Assembly: GCA_034435115.1 (NCBI GenBank)
Contig: DAOTXZ010000100.1
Location: forward strand, 1-41,651
Origin: Dehalococcoidia bacterium
GTDB taxonomy: Bacteria; Chloroflexota; Dehalococcoidia; E44-bin15; DAOWNJ01
Direction: 5' to 3'
DNA: 41,651 nt
Shown: positions 27,330 through 36,888 of the stretch, one piece after another
Numbering within the stretch: position 1 is the first letter of the stretch
Layout of the letters: each line of letters opens with the position of its first letter
Translations under genes and position numbers: made by a program
The notes under the pieces: generated by a model
What the model saw: the letters and a program-made list of their open reading frames with translations, nothing else
What the model was told of the DNA's origin: nothing
The model's database searches: none

Positions 27330-29309
27330 ATGAAGGAGATCAAGCTCACCATCAATGGCAGGGAGGTAAGGGGCAAGGAGGGCAATACCGTCCTCGATGT
27401 TTGCCGCGCCAACGACATCTATGTGCCCACCCTGTGCTATATTGAGGGATTGTCCAGTGTAGGCGCCTGCCGTCTCTGTATGGTGGAGATCGAGGGGGAG
27501 AGGAGGATAAATCCCGCCTGCACCTACCCTGCCAGGGATGGGCTGGTGGTCAAAACCACCAGTGAACAGCTGGAAGGGTATCGGCGCATGATCCTGGAGC
27601 TCATCTTCACTGAGCGGAACCACTTTTGCATGTTCTGTGCCCAGAGCGGCGACTGCGAGCTGCAGGATTTGGCCTATCGCTACCAGATGGATCATGTGCG
27701 TTACCCGTATGCATTTCCCTCCTTACCTGTGGATACATTAAACGATTATGTGGTCCTGGATCACAATCGCTGTATGCTTTGTGGCAGGTGTGTTCGGATA
27801 TGCAGCGAGGTAGTGGGCATCCATACCCTGGATTTCGCCCGGCGAGGTTTCAGAACCATGGTATGTGCCGATCTGGATCAACCTTTAGGTGAATCCTCCT
27901 GTATCTCCTGCGGCGCCTGCGTGCAGGCATGTCCCACAGGCGCTATTTTCAGCAAGGTGAGCGCCTATAAAGGAAGAACCAGCGAATGTCAAGAGATAGA
28001 GAGTGTCTGCTCCCAATGCGGCGTCGGCTGCGAAATAAGGGTTCTGGTAAGGGACAACAATCTGGTCAGGATCGATGGAGCAGAGCTCACCGGGCTCAGG
28101 GGCCAGCTCTGCCGAAAGGGCCGTTTCGACCCTCTCAGTGAAACTCGCCACAGGGTCACGACACCTTTGAAAAGGGATGGCAAAGGGCAACTGAAGGAAT
28201 GCTCCCTAGATGAGGCCCTGGAATTGATCGCAGACAAGATGGGGGAGATAAGCAGGAGCTACGGGCCCGGCGCCATTGCCGGCATTGCCTCGGCCAAGGG
28301 TTCCAACGATTCCCTGGAGCGATTCAATAGGCTTTTCCGCGAGGTGATCGGCACCGATAAGGTGGATACTATGGATGGGGATAGCTACCGGGCCATCGCC
28401 AGGGCCATAGAAAGCTTCAACGGGAAAGGCCTGGAAATTGAATGCCCCATGGAGAAGATACTGGAGGCGGACTGCATCATGGTGGTTGGCGCTGACCCTC
28501 TGGAAAGCCACCCAGTCTTGGGATGCTACATTTTGAGGGCTGTAGCCCGGCGGGGGGCAAGGCTGGTCGTTATCGACCCGCTGCGAAATTCCTTTGCCTA
28601 TCGTGCCCACCTCTGGCTGAAGCCTGAGGAAGGAACGGAAGACAGCCTGATCAAGGGGCTAGCTCACCTTATCATGGAGAAGGGCCTGGGCGACTGGAAA
28701 AGGGCGAAGCGGGGTTTTGTCAAGGCCATCAAGGATTATAGTGCCGATAGGGTGAGCAAAGGGACTGGGGTAAAGGCGGAGGACCTCGAGCGGGCAGCGG
28801 AAATTTATGGCAGGGCAAAGCATGGCATCATCGTCTATGGGGAGGGGATTGTCAGTAAGGGGGATGCCGAGCCGATCGCTTCCCTTTTGAACCTGGCTGC
28901 CATGACGGGGAACTTCACAAAGGACAAGCTCAGGGTTATCTCCCTCAAGCCCAATGGCAACAGCAGAGGTGCCTGGGAGCTAGGGGTTGCCTCAAAGAAC
29001 GGCTTTGAACTGGGCGATGTGAAGGCGGTATACCTGTTTCTTGCTGACGATGCAATTCAGGATGAGAACCTAGTGGCTCAGCTTAAGGAGGTGGAATTCC
29101 TAGCGGTGCAAAGCAGCTATCATTCTCCCGTCACCTCCATGGCTGATGTTGTCCTTCCCTCGCCTATCTGGGCAGAGAGGGAGGGCAGATATGTTGCACT
29201 GGATGGTAGCCTTCGGCATTCGAGGCGAGTCTTGGAGTCAGGGCAGGGGATAAAGGATGACTGGCAGCTAATGGAAGAGCTTATGAAACGCTTGAAGGGA
29301 GGGAAGTGA
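27330..29309 (+). CDS. hoxU: NuoG/HoxU-like Fe-S subunit with a degenerate molybdopterin-oxidoreductase (formate dehydrogenase-like) domain
   Basis: CRLCMVEIEG [2Fe-2S], HNRCMLCGRCVRIC, CISCGACVQACPTGA, CSQCGVGCEIRV..LCRKGRF (MopB-type 4Fe-4S). 659 aa. Confidence 0.8.
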   Translation: MKEIKLTINGREVRGKEGNTVLDVCRANDIYVPTLCYIEGLSSVGACRLCMVEIEGERRINPACTYPARDGLVVKTTSEQLEGYRRMILELIFTERNHFCMFCAQSGDCELQDLAYRYQMDHVRYPYAFPSLPVDTLNDYVVLDHNRCMLCGRCVRICSEVVGIHTLDFARRGFRTMVCADLDQPLGESSCISCGACVQACPTGAIFSKVSAYKGRTSECQEIESVCSQCGVGCEIRVLVRDNNLVRIDGAELTGLRGQLCRKGRFDPLSETRHRVTTPLKRDGKGQLKECSLDEALELIADKMGEISRSYGPGAIAGIASAKGSNDSLERFNRLFREVIGTDKVDTMDGDSYRAIARAIESFNGKGLEIECPMEKILEADCIMVVGADPLESHPVLGCYILRAVARRGARLVVIDPLRNSFAYRAHLWLKPEEGTEDSLIKGLAHLIMEKGLGDWKRAKRGFVKAIKDYSADRVSKGTGVKAEDLERAAEIYGRAKHGIIVYGEGIVSKGDAEPIASLLNLAAMTGNFTKDKLRVISLKPNGNSRGAWELGVASKNGFELGDVKAVYLFLADDAIQDENLVAQLKEVEFLAVQSSYHSPVTSMADVVLPSPIWAEREGRYVALDGSLRHSRRVLESGQGIKDDWQLMEELMKRLKGGK

Positions 29310-29311
29310 TC

Positions 29312-29848
29312 GTGGCCAAGACTAGGGTTGCCACCGTTTGGTTGGATGCCTGTGCCGGGTGCCATATGTCTTTCTTAGACATAGATGAGGCCATAATTGA
29401 GCTGGCCAACCTTGTGGAATTCGCCCGAAGCCCGATAACGGACATAAAGGAGTTCTCCCCTGTAGATGTGGGCATCGTAGAGGGGGCGGTGGGCAATGAG
29501 GAGGAGGAAGAGGTGGTAAAGGAACTGCGCCATAACTGCAAGATATTAATGGCCTGGGGCGATTGTGCCTGCTTTGGTGGGATAGCCTCCATGCGCAATT
29601 TCTTTGATAAAGAGGAGATCCTGCGCCGCTGTTACGTGGAAAGCGAGAGCACGGGCAAGGGCAAAGTTCCGTGGTCAAAAGACATTCCGCCCCTTCTGGA
29701 CAAGGTGAAGCCGGTAAATCAGGTGGTTAAGGTCGATTGCTATGTTCCGGGATGCCCTCCCAGAGCCAAGGCTATCGACTATGCCTTGAAGGAGCTCCTC
29801 GCTGGCAGGATCCCGGTCTTGCCTCGAGATTTGATGAGATTCGATTAG
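29312..29848 (+). CDS. hoxY: [NiFe] hydrogenase small subunit, group 3 (HoxY-like)
   Basis: VATVWLDACAGCHMSFLD, GDCACFGG, YVPGCPP. GTG 29312 is better spaced from the GGGAGGG RBS than GTG 29306. Confidence 0.85.
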   Translation: MAKTRVATVWLDACAGCHMSFLDIDEAIIELANLVEFARSPITDIKEFSPVDVGIVEGAVGNEEEEEVVKELRHNCKILMAWGDCACFGGIASMRNFFDKEEILRRCYVESESTGKGKVPWSKDIPPLLDKVKPVNQVVKVDCYVPGCPPRAKAIDYALKELLAGRIPVLPRDLMRFD

Positions 29849-29863
29849 GGGGAGAAGAAGCAG

Positions 29864-31297
29864 ATGGCATCCCGCACTATCGTCATCAACCCGGTCACTC
29901 GAGTTGAAGGCCATGGAAAGGTAACGATTCACCTCGATGGTGATGGCAGAGTATCGGCGGCCAGATTCCACATAACCGCCTTCAGGGGCTTTGAGAAGTT
30001 CTGTGAGGGGAGGGTTTTCTGGGAAATGCCAGTAATCACCTCCAGGATCTGCGGCGTCTGCCCGGTGAGCCATCACCTCGCCTCAGCAAAGGCCTGCGAC
30101 GCCATCTTAGGGGTGGAGATCCCGCCAGCAGCCAAGAAGCTGCGCCTGCTCATGCACATGGGGCAATTCATCCAGTCCCATTCCCTCCACTTCTTCCATC
30201 TGGCAAGTCCGGATCTCCTTTTGGGAATGGACGCTGACCCGGCGAAGCGAAATATCATCGGATTAATCAAGCAAAAACCTGAGATTGCCAAGGTGGGTAT
30301 TGGCCTGCGTAGCTTTGGCCAGAGGATCATCGAGACGCTGGGAAGCGGCAAAAGGGTTCACCCCATGGGTGCCATCCCCGGTGGAATGAATCAAACCCTC
30401 TCTCCCCAAGCTCGCGACCAATTCCTCAACGGGGTAGATGGGGTTATCGCCAATAGCCAGCTCGGCATCGAAATAATCAAAGACTACTATTCAAAAGGGG
30501 GGGAGGAGATAGCTCGCTTCGCCAACTTTCCCTCAGGGTATCTCAGCCTGGTGGATGAAAACGGGAACCTGGAGCTTTATGATGGCAAACTGACATTTAA
30601 GGACAGCAAGGCAATCACCCTCGAAGAGAGGTTTGAACCCAAGGATTACCTCTCTATCATTGAGGAAAGGGTGGAGGATTGGTCTTACCTCAAATTCCCG
30701 TTCTATAAGAAGATGGGCTATCCGGCAGGTATCTATAGGGTAGGGCCTCTGGCGAGGCTAAATGTCGCCTCTGGGATAACAACCCCCTTAGCCAACAAGG
30801 AGCTCCAGGATTTCAAGGGTTTAGCTCCCAACAGTATGGTGCAGGGCTCCCTTTACTACCACTACGCCCGGTTGATCGAGCTCCTTCACGCCGGAGAGAA
30901 GGTGAGATCCCTGCTTGAGGATGATGAAGTCTGCTCTCAGGAGATAAGGGTTAATTCCACTAAGATCAATGAGGAGGGGATAGGGGTGATCGAGGCTCCG
31001 CGGGGAACCCTTTTCCACCATTACTGGGTGGATGGTAGCGGCAAGATCCGGAAACTGAACTTGATCGTAGCTACCGGTAACAACAATGCAGCAATGAACC
31101 GGGCAGTCTTCGAAGTGGCAAGGCAATACGTTAAGGGCGAGAAAATCAGCGAAGGCATGCTCAATAGGGTTGAGGCCGCCATTCGCTGCTATGACCCCTG
31201 CATCTCCTGCTCTGCTCACGCCCTGGGCCAGATGCCGCTGCTGGTTCAGCTTGTTTCTGCCGATGGCGAGGTTATCGACGAAGTCGGCAGAGGCTAG
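29864..31297 (+). CDS. hoxH: [NiFe] hydrogenase large subunit (HoxH-like)
   Basis: [11 protein letters not shown]-terminal Ni-Fe ligands and [10 protein letters not shown]-terminal ligands, followed by a 25-aa extension. 477 aa. Confidence 0.9.
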   Translation: MASRTIVINPVTRVEGHGKVTIHLDGDGRVSAARFHITAFRGFEKFCEGRVFWEMPVITSRICGVCPVSHHLASAKACDAILGVEIPPAAKKLRLLMHMGQFIQSHSLHFFHLASPDLLLGMDADPAKRNIIGLIKQKPEIAKVGIGLRSFGQRIIETLGSGKRVHPMGAIPGGMNQTLSPQARDQFLNGVDGVIANSQLGIEIIKDYYSKGGEEIARFANFPSGYLSLVDENGNLELYDGKLTFKDSKAITLEERFEPKDYLSIIEERVEDWSYLKFPFYKKMGYPAGIYRVGPLARLNVASGITTPLANKELQDFKGLAPNSMVQGSLYYHYARLIELLHAGEKVRSLLEDDEVCSQEIRVNSTKINEEGIGVIEAPRGTLFHHYWVDGSGKIRKLNLIVATGNNNAAMNRAVFEVARQYVKGEKISEGMLNRVEAAIRCYDPCISCSAHALGQMPLLVQLVSADGEVIDEVGRG

Positions 31298-31428
31298 CTG
31301 AAAGCTGCGGTCACTGTCTCCTTTTAATTCCCTGTCGACCATGGGACAAAGACTGGCGTAAATCTGGATGAAGTCCCAGCCTTCTCTTGGCGCATGTTGC
31401 ACATTTCCAATTTGTTGGATTAGAGGAT

Positions 31429-31464
31429 AAAAAGGAGCTCCCCAAGCCATCACCTGGGGAGCTC
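31429..31464 (-). terminator. intrinsic terminator for the minus-strand ORF block, between convergent genes
   Basis: GAGCTCCCCA / TGGGGAGCTC 10-bp stem with a 10-nt loop. On the minus strand it is followed by CTTTTTAT. Lies 36 nt after the stop at 31500. Confidence 0.5.
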
Positions 31465-31499
31465 TCGCAATAAGAATCTAGCTTGCTCTCTTGGAGAGC

Positions 31500-31829
31500 T
31501 TAGAAGTCAAACAGCGCTGGCTGCGCTGCCTTGATTCTGGCTGCCACCTCCGCCTTTTTCTGCCTTCCCTCTCTTGCCCTGGTGCGCTGGTGATATATCC
31601 ACTCCTTGAGACGGTTGAGATCTGCCATTTGCTCCTCATTGAGAGATTCTACTTTGATATCCTCCGGGATCTCCCCACCCCTGTTAGCACGGGCATAGGT
31701 CTCGCCGGCAACATGGAGGTAAATCTTAGTCCAGTCCTCACTCATAGGGGCAGTGAGGGAGGCCGTATAGAGATAGGCAGTCGCCTCAGCATCGATCCCG
31801 GTGGGTTGCTCCCTGTGAGTCTCCTTCAT
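31500..31829 (-). CDS. hypothetical phage-like protein (possibly the 3' part of a frameshifted 31500..31971 gene)
   Basis: 109-aa ORF. An RBS-preceded ATG at 31971 opens a 35-codon ORF that runs into this frame across a C6-T-C5 tract (31888-31899). Confidence 0.5.
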   Translation of the reverse strand: MKETHREQPTGIDAEATAYLYTASLTAPMSEDWTKIYLHVAGETYARANRGGEIPEDIKVESLNEEQMADLNRLKEWIYHQRTRAREGRQKKAEVAARIKAAQPALFDF

Positions 31830-31992
31830 ATTCTCGGTTAGCCTCTCCAGGGTTATCTGGGTTTTAATCCAGTCGAGGAGCGTGTCTCCCCCCTCCCCCG
31901 GGGTAGACTATTATCGGGTCGGTGAAAGTTCCCACCAGGTTGCCAATCATACTATCCGTTATTTTGGCCATAGTTACCTTATCACCTCCTCT

Positions 31993-32166
31993 CTACCTCT
32001 CTTCTTCGAGTTTCCTCTTGATGTAGTGGAGTAGCTTGCCCATCTCCGCCCGATACTCCTTGAGGTCGTCGAGATGTGGCTTTTCAACCATGTAGCTAAG
32101 AGCCTCACAGATAAGCCACCAGCTTCGGTAAGCAAGCGATATGCGAATACCCCGCTTTTCTGGCAT
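31993..32166 (-). CDS. hypothetical small protein (57 aa)
   Basis: ATG preceded by GAGAGGAGGTTAGG. MPEKRGIRISLAYRSWW..KRKLEEER. Below the 60-aa track cutoff and found by hand translation. Confidence 0.4.
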   Translation of the reverse strand: MPEKRGIRISLAYRSWWLICEALSYMVEKPHLDDLKEYRAEMGKLLHYIKRKLEEER

Positions 32167-32220
32167 TGTCCTAACCTCCTCTCTAGCCGTAGTTATCCCA
32201 TCGAACTAACCTCAATTGGG

Positions 32221-32694
32221 TTACTTCTTAAACTGAACAATGTCCAGGCTGACATAGCCCCTTGGCCGGTAGGGGTCAATGGGATGCTCACCAAAGCCGT
32301 TCGAGAAGTCCACCAGCCACAGGGTATAGCCCTCATACTCCTGCTCTCGGAGATTAACCAGTTGGTCGGTAAACATCCTCACGCTTGCCCCCTGTTTCCC
32401 AGAGGACTATGACGGATGGCAGATTGTTACCACCTCGGAACCTCTCCACCTTGAGTCTTCCTAGCTTCAGGTTGCGAAGCCGGAAGTGGTTATGCGCTCC
32501 GCCATAGGTGCCGATGTAAACAATCTTCCCCCTCAAGCTGGTCAAGGACTTCCATCAACCTTTGTAGGGCTTCCCTCCGCCTCTTGCGGAGAGGGACTTG
32601 GGCAATCCTGGTTCCTGCCTGAACTCTGGTTCTCGGCTCTGGCTGTTTTTACCTCTACATTAGCCTCTTCAAACAGGCTGGGCTGGGTTGTCAT
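32221..32694 (-). pseudogene. phage-like gene broken by three +1 frameshifts
   Basis: ATG 32694 follows GAAAGGAGGTGAG (MTTQPSLFEE..). The open frames succeed one another a-b-c-a and overlap at A5/G5/G5 runs. Joined, they give about 157 aa ending ..SLDIVQFKK. Confidence 0.45.
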
Positions 32695-32742
32695 CGTCTC
32701 ACCTCCTTTCTAGGGCATAGTTACCCGATCGCCCGGGCGATT

Positions 32743-33042
32743 TTACAGCCCTAAGTTTTCTTGCCTGCCGGCCTTCAGCTGGTCCCGTTCTGCCTCGACC
32801 GCGCCGTCGGGTATCGACTTGCGCACAGCTGTCACCCGGTGCCTTGGGGCTTGGATCGCTCTTTCGAGTTCGAACCTCACACCACCGAGGCGCTGGAGCA
32901 TGTAGTCAGGCAGGTTGGGGATTCGCTCTGCATCGAGGATGATTTGCCCAGCTTTCTCAAGTATCGGCTCGGCTTCATTGAGCAGGGCGTCAACCCTGTT
33001 CATAGCCTCACTCACCTTGAGCGCGCTCCACCTGATAGGCAT
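32743..33042 (-). CDS. hypothetical protein (99 aa)
   Basis: ATG preceded by an AAGGAG RBS. No recognisable domain. Confidence 0.45.
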   Translation of the reverse strand: MPIRWSALKVSEAMNRVDALLNEAEPILEKAGQIILDAERIPNLPDYMLQRLGGVRFELERAIQAPRHRVTAVRKSIPDGAVEAERDQLKAGRQENLGL

Positions 33043-33135
33043 AGTTTCATCTCCTTTCTCTCCTGATTCCGGGCATAGCTCCCCTTTCCCGACTGCCAGG
33101 GTCGGGCCTTCCTTTTGTGCTTTCCAATAGATTTG

Positions 33136-33315
33136 CTACTCGGTCTCTTTGATGACCGCTCTCAGCACCTCAATGGCAGCATTGAGACACTCCAGCTCCT
33201 CATCGGTAACCCAGCCAGGTGAATTGGCTAGGTCATCGTAGAGGTTGTGGAGAATGTCCAGCGCCTGCTCAGGTGCCAATGGCTGGCACAGGCTCCCCAG
33301 CTCCTGTCTTGTCAT
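33136..33315 (-). CDS. hypothetical small acidic protein (59 aa)
   Basis: ATG preceded by GGAAAGGAGGAGA. MTRQELGSLCQPLAPEQ..VIKETE. Found by hand translation. Confidence 0.45.
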   Translation of the reverse strand: MTRQELGSLCQPLAPEQALDILHNLYDDLANSPGWVTDEELECLNAAIEVLRAVIKETE

Positions 33316-33397
33316 TTGTCTCCTCCTTTCCGGTCACAAAGAGAGGGGCTTCTCCACCCCTCTTTCTTGTGTGGCTTTTGTTTCTGGCTAAAGCGTT

Positions 33398-33757
33398 CTA
33401 GGCGGCTGCTACTGGCTCTCTTGCCTCATCGGGGGATAGCTCTATCCCCTCATCCTCATCGGCTTGGGCTTCGGGCTCGACTACCGCCTCGGCTTGGGCT
33501 GCCCCCTCTTTTGGCCTGACATCCTCGACCATCATCGGCATAACCACAAAGCGATAACCGTCAACCGTGAACATGACTGGGCTACTTTGGGAGCTTACCT
33601 TTAGCTCCACCATCCCCCCGCAAGCTTTCAGGGCTTGGACAAGATAGCGAGCACTAACCGCCGTCTTGACCTCCCCGCTTGTGTCTGCCTCGACCTCCGC
33701 CTTGCCCCTATCCTCTTTTGCCTCAAGGATAACCTTGCCATCGCTTATGGTAAGCAT
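33398..33757 (-). CDS. DNA polymerase III beta-clamp C-terminal fragment with an acidic tail (likely truncated phage dnaN)
   Basis: DGKVILEAKEDRGKAEVEADTSGEVKTAVSARYLVQALKACGGMVELKVSSQSSPVMFTVDGYRFVVMPMMV aligns with the last ~75 aa of E. coli beta (..FNVSYVLDVLNALK..YVVMPMRL). The ATG overlaps the upstream stop (TAATG). Confidence 0.6.
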   Translation of the reverse strand: MLTISDGKVILEAKEDRGKAEVEADTSGEVKTAVSARYLVQALKACGGMVELKVSSQSSPVMFTVDGYRFVVMPMMVEDVRPKEGAAQAEAVVEPEAQADEDEGIELSPDEAREPVAAA

Positions 33758-36700
33758 TATCGGCCGGTATTCCTTTTTGGGAGGTCATCATGCCAGATAG
33801 CGACAAGGCTTCTGATTGCCTTTGACGCCTCTTTAGTGTCAAAGGTATGGCTCATGCTGTCGTCATAGCTTGCTGCCAGCTCTTTTTCCTCTCTCCAGCT
33901 ACTGCTCTCAATCAGCGTTCGCATTGAGGTGGCATATTCACTCCCAGAGGGACCGAATATCCTGGCTTTAGCTAATTCTCCAAACCTGCCTTTAGCTTCC
34001 AGGTAGTGCTTGCGGATATAGTTATGCTCCGGTGGCTCCTCTGCACTAGCCGCCATTTCTATCGCTCTATTGATCAGGTCGATGTGAGTTCCAAAGAGGT
34101 CGCGGAAGATACCACAGATGGTGACAACTACATCTATCCTTGGCCTGCCTAGCATTTCCAGCGGTATGAGTTCCAAATCCTTAAACCAGGGGCTGGCTCT
34201 CGTTATAAGTCTGACACCCAAATAGGCAAGTATCTGGGCTATGGTATCCCCACCCGTCTTTACTGTCTCAAACCCCCAGAGCACCAGCCCCACGCTTTCC
34301 GGGTAGCAACCATGTTTTTCGTGGAATTTCCTAAGAATGCTGGAGACAGCCTCTTCACCCACCCGCAGGGCGGTACGGGTAGGAATCAGCCTAGGGTCGA
34401 ACTCGTACATGTTGCGGCCAAGGGGGAAAATCCCCGGCGTGCGGATAGAGTCCCCACCCAGGTTCGGGAGCACATATCCCCCCGAAAGGGCCTTAAGCAA
34501 AGCCCCGCTCTCATCCGACTGATAAATTTGTTCTCTAAGCTGAAGAATATAGCGACTAATCTCCTCCGGGATGGCAACTCTTTTGCCTTCAAGTAGCTGT
34601 GCTAATAGGTGCCTTACCTCTTCTTCTATCTCCTCGGCAAGCTTCGGATCTTTGGTCAACGCCGCTCGACTCACTCCACGGCGTTCGGCCAGAAGCTCAT
34701 AGAGAGAAGGGATTTCACGCCCTAATCTGAGCACTGAGGTTAGGTATGATATCAGTGACTCGCCCTCCAACCGTCGGTCTATTATGTGCAGACCTCCAGG
34801 TATGAGTCGCCGCTTCATACGATAGAGTAACAGCTTCAGCGCCTCAACATCAGCGGCATCAAGGTTCAACTCACTAGCCTTCTCCCTGATAAGCTCCAGG
34901 AGTCTCCCCTTGTCCTTATCCTCCGCCTTGTCATGTTCAGCAAGTAGGTCTTCCAGCTCCAGATAAGCGCCATAGAGGTCCGAGGGTACCATGGGAGGTG
35001 AAGCGTGGGAAATAGTGACGGCGTAACTCCGGCGTTTAGCAATGGTTGATTCCGAGGTGTTGCCTACCCAGTAGTAGTAGATATGGGGGATGTTGCCAAT
35101 CAGTATATCAGGGTAGCAGTTCTGGGAAAGGGCTATCTCCTTACCTTTGTTGAATTCAAGGGTTCCGTGCATCCCCCAGTGAATCAGGGCATCAGCCTTA
35201 AATTCCTTTTCCAGCCATTTATAGAAGCAGATATACTGATGATGGGGTGGAAGGTCTTTATCATGGTATGCCTTTTGCGGGTCCTCGTGCACACCCCGTG
35301 CAGGCTGAAGCCCAACAAAGACATTTCCGAGAATTATCCCCGGAATGAGCAATTTGCCATCCTCAACCATCACCTCACCAGGAGGTGGTCCCCAATGCTC
35401 TTCTAACTCCTCTTGTACTTCCGCAGGAAGCGCTGAATACCACTCAACGTATTTCTCCGCGCTCACCATTATCTCAGGGGATGAACTTTTGAACCTAGGG
35501 GAATTAACTACCCCTCGGGAAATCAAGGTGTCTGAAAGCCTCCCAGCTGGTAGCTCCACCCTGTATCCGCTTGCCGCCAGCTTCTTCAGAAATATCTCCA
35601 AGCTTGCCAGACTGTCGAGGTACCCTGCTGTCCCGATGTTAGCTTCGCCAGGTGGGTAGTCATATAAAATCAGGGCGATTTTCTTGTCCTCACTACGCTT
35701 TTTCCTGAGGCTGATCCAGCGTAGCGCTCGCTCCGCTAGTTTAGCTACCCGCTCCGGGATAGCCTGGCATTCCTTCACCTCAGCCAAGATGGATTCATCT
35801 CTGCCCAGCGAAACCAAACCGGCAACCACCAGTGGCTCAATGCAGCCATCAAGCTCAGGCAGCACCACGCCAAGCACCACCTCCAGCGGGTTCACTCTCG
35901 TCGACCTTCTCCATTCTTCGATCTCCGTTGTGTAGAGGTGAAAACCTGTAAGCACAGGAACGTTTAACCTTTGCAGTAGGTCATAGGTTGGCTCCGGTGT
36001 CCCACCATACGGTCCGCCATGCAGCCTGAAATACTGCATATTGACCACGAGGTCAATAACCGGAGTGCCGCTTGAGAGAAAATATTTGGAGATAGCCTCC
36101 AGATTGTATTCCACCCGGGAGAACACGGGTATAATATTAGTTCGGTCCCCAACTGCGGTGATGAATTCCCTCACCATGGGGGTACAGTCTTCGAAATGCA
36201 TCTGGCCGTAAAAGAATATGCCGATAGTTGGCCTTGAATTATCCCATTTGATTTCCCTCTGAAATTGGCTAAGCTCGCTATAGAAACCTTTTTCTGGCCA
36301 CCAGATGCCGAAGTCAAGCGTCTTTTGAGGTGGTGGCACATGTCTTACCTTGATTCCACCGTACTCTCTGAGCAAAAATAGGAGGAGCCCTTTGATATTC
36401 TCCTTTCCATAGTTAGAGTAGTACTCCTGGGCGATAATCCAGTTGCGCATATCCTTAAGTTTTCCCAAAGGGAAGACGGAGCCTATCTTTTTGGTGAGCT
36501 CGGAGAACTTCCGGGCTTTGATAAAACTCTCAACGTCCATCTGACGGTCACCCTTGAAGATATCGCTCCCTTTGAACGATCCCATGCGGGTGAGGGCGAA
36601 AATCTGAGAGCTGCCGCCAATTAGCACTACGATGGTAGCTTTAGTCTGGGGAAGGAGTTTTTGGAGAAAATCGGATATTCCACTCTGGCCGCGGATATCC

Positions 36701-36888
36701 ACCAGAATGATCTGAGAGGTTTGGAGCTCCCTCTCTACTTCGTCTAGGGAAATCTGCCCCTTCTCAAGGTCATGAAGGTAAATCTTTCTGAGCGAAAGGA
36801 TATTGCCGTGTTCTATTTTGAGTTCACTAACGGCCTCTCGTAGCTCACGCGTATTATCCATAGTGCTGAAGAGAAGGAATCTCACCAT
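33757..36888 (-). CDS. cobN: CobN / Mg-chelatase H-family large chelatase subunit, C-terminally truncated
   Basis: 1043 aa. [36 protein letters not shown]. Family similarity stops near ..ASYDDSMSH. The tail [27 protein letters not shown] looks foreign. The start overlaps the upstream stop. Confidence 0.8.
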   Translation of the reverse strand: MVRFLLFSTMDNTRELREAVSELKIEHGNILSLRKIYLHDLEKGQISLDEVERELQTSQIILVDIRGQSGISDFLQKLLPQTKATIVVLIGGSSQIFALTRMGSFKGSDIFKGDRQMDVESFIKARKFSELTKKIGSVFPLGKLKDMRNWIIAQEYYSNYGKENIKGLLLFLLREYGGIKVRHVPPPQKTLDFGIWWPEKGFYSELSQFQREIKWDNSRPTIGIFFYGQMHFEDCTPMVREFITAVGDRTNIIPVFSRVEYNLEAISKYFLSSGTPVIDLVVNMQYFRLHGGPYGGTPEPTYDLLQRLNVPVLTGFHLYTTEIEEWRRSTRVNPLEVVLGVVLPELDGCIEPLVVAGLVSLGRDESILAEVKECQAIPERVAKLAERALRWISLRKKRSEDKKIALILYDYPPGEANIGTAGYLDSLASLEIFLKKLAASGYRVELPAGRLSDTLISRGVVNSPRFKSSSPEIMVSAEKYVEWYSALPAEVQEELEEHWGPPPGEVMVEDGKLLIPGIILGNVFVGLQPARGVHEDPQKAYHDKDLPPHHQYICFYKWLEKEFKADALIHWGMHGTLEFNKGKEIALSQNCYPDILIGNIPHIYYYWVGNTSESTIAKRRSYAVTISHASPPMVPSDLYGAYLELEDLLAEHDKAEDKDKGRLLELIREKASELNLDAADVEALKLLLYRMKRRLIPGGLHIIDRRLEGESLISYLTSVLRLGREIPSLYELLAERRGVSRAALTKDPKLAEEIEEEVRHLLAQLLEGKRVAIPEEISRYILQLREQIYQSDESGALLKALSGGYVLPNLGGDSIRTPGIFPLGRNMYEFDPRLIPTRTALRVGEEAVSSILRKFHEKHGCYPESVGLVLWGFETVKTGGDTIAQILAYLGVRLITRASPWFKDLELIPLEMLGRPRIDVVVTICGIFRDLFGTHIDLINRAIEMAASAEEPPEHNYIRKHYLEAKGRFGELAKARIFGPSGSEYATSMRTLIESSSWREEKELAASYDDSMSHTFDTKEASKAIRSLVAIWHDDLPKRNTGR

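Noticed and set aside
25071-27695. Very long antisense ORFs (385 aa at 25071..26228 and 437 aa at 26382..27695, plus several of 100-190 aa) opposite the hoxF-gltD fusion gene.
   Set aside because: Their translations are low-complexity (rich in G/P/A/L/R) with no motifs. They lie entirely within a sense gene that has unambiguous cofactor motifs. These are typical shadow ORFs of a GC-biased coding strand.
29864-31297. Possible [NiFeSe] hydrogenase or selenocysteine recoding in the hydrogenase and Fdh-like genes.
   Set aside because: The C-terminal motif is DPCISCSAH with ordinary Cys codons. No in-frame TGA interrupts hoxH, hoxU-like or hoxF-like.
30821-31453. A 210-aa minus-strand ORF whose first ~45 aa (..NVQHAPREGWDFIQIYASLCPMVDRELKGD) faintly resemble a CobN C-terminal end. 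This could have been the missing 3' piece of the truncated cobN-like gene.
   Set aside because: The resemblance is a few residues only. The frame is closed by TAG just upstream. The ORF has no stop before running 476 nt antisense into hoxH, so a genuine gene end is not preserved.
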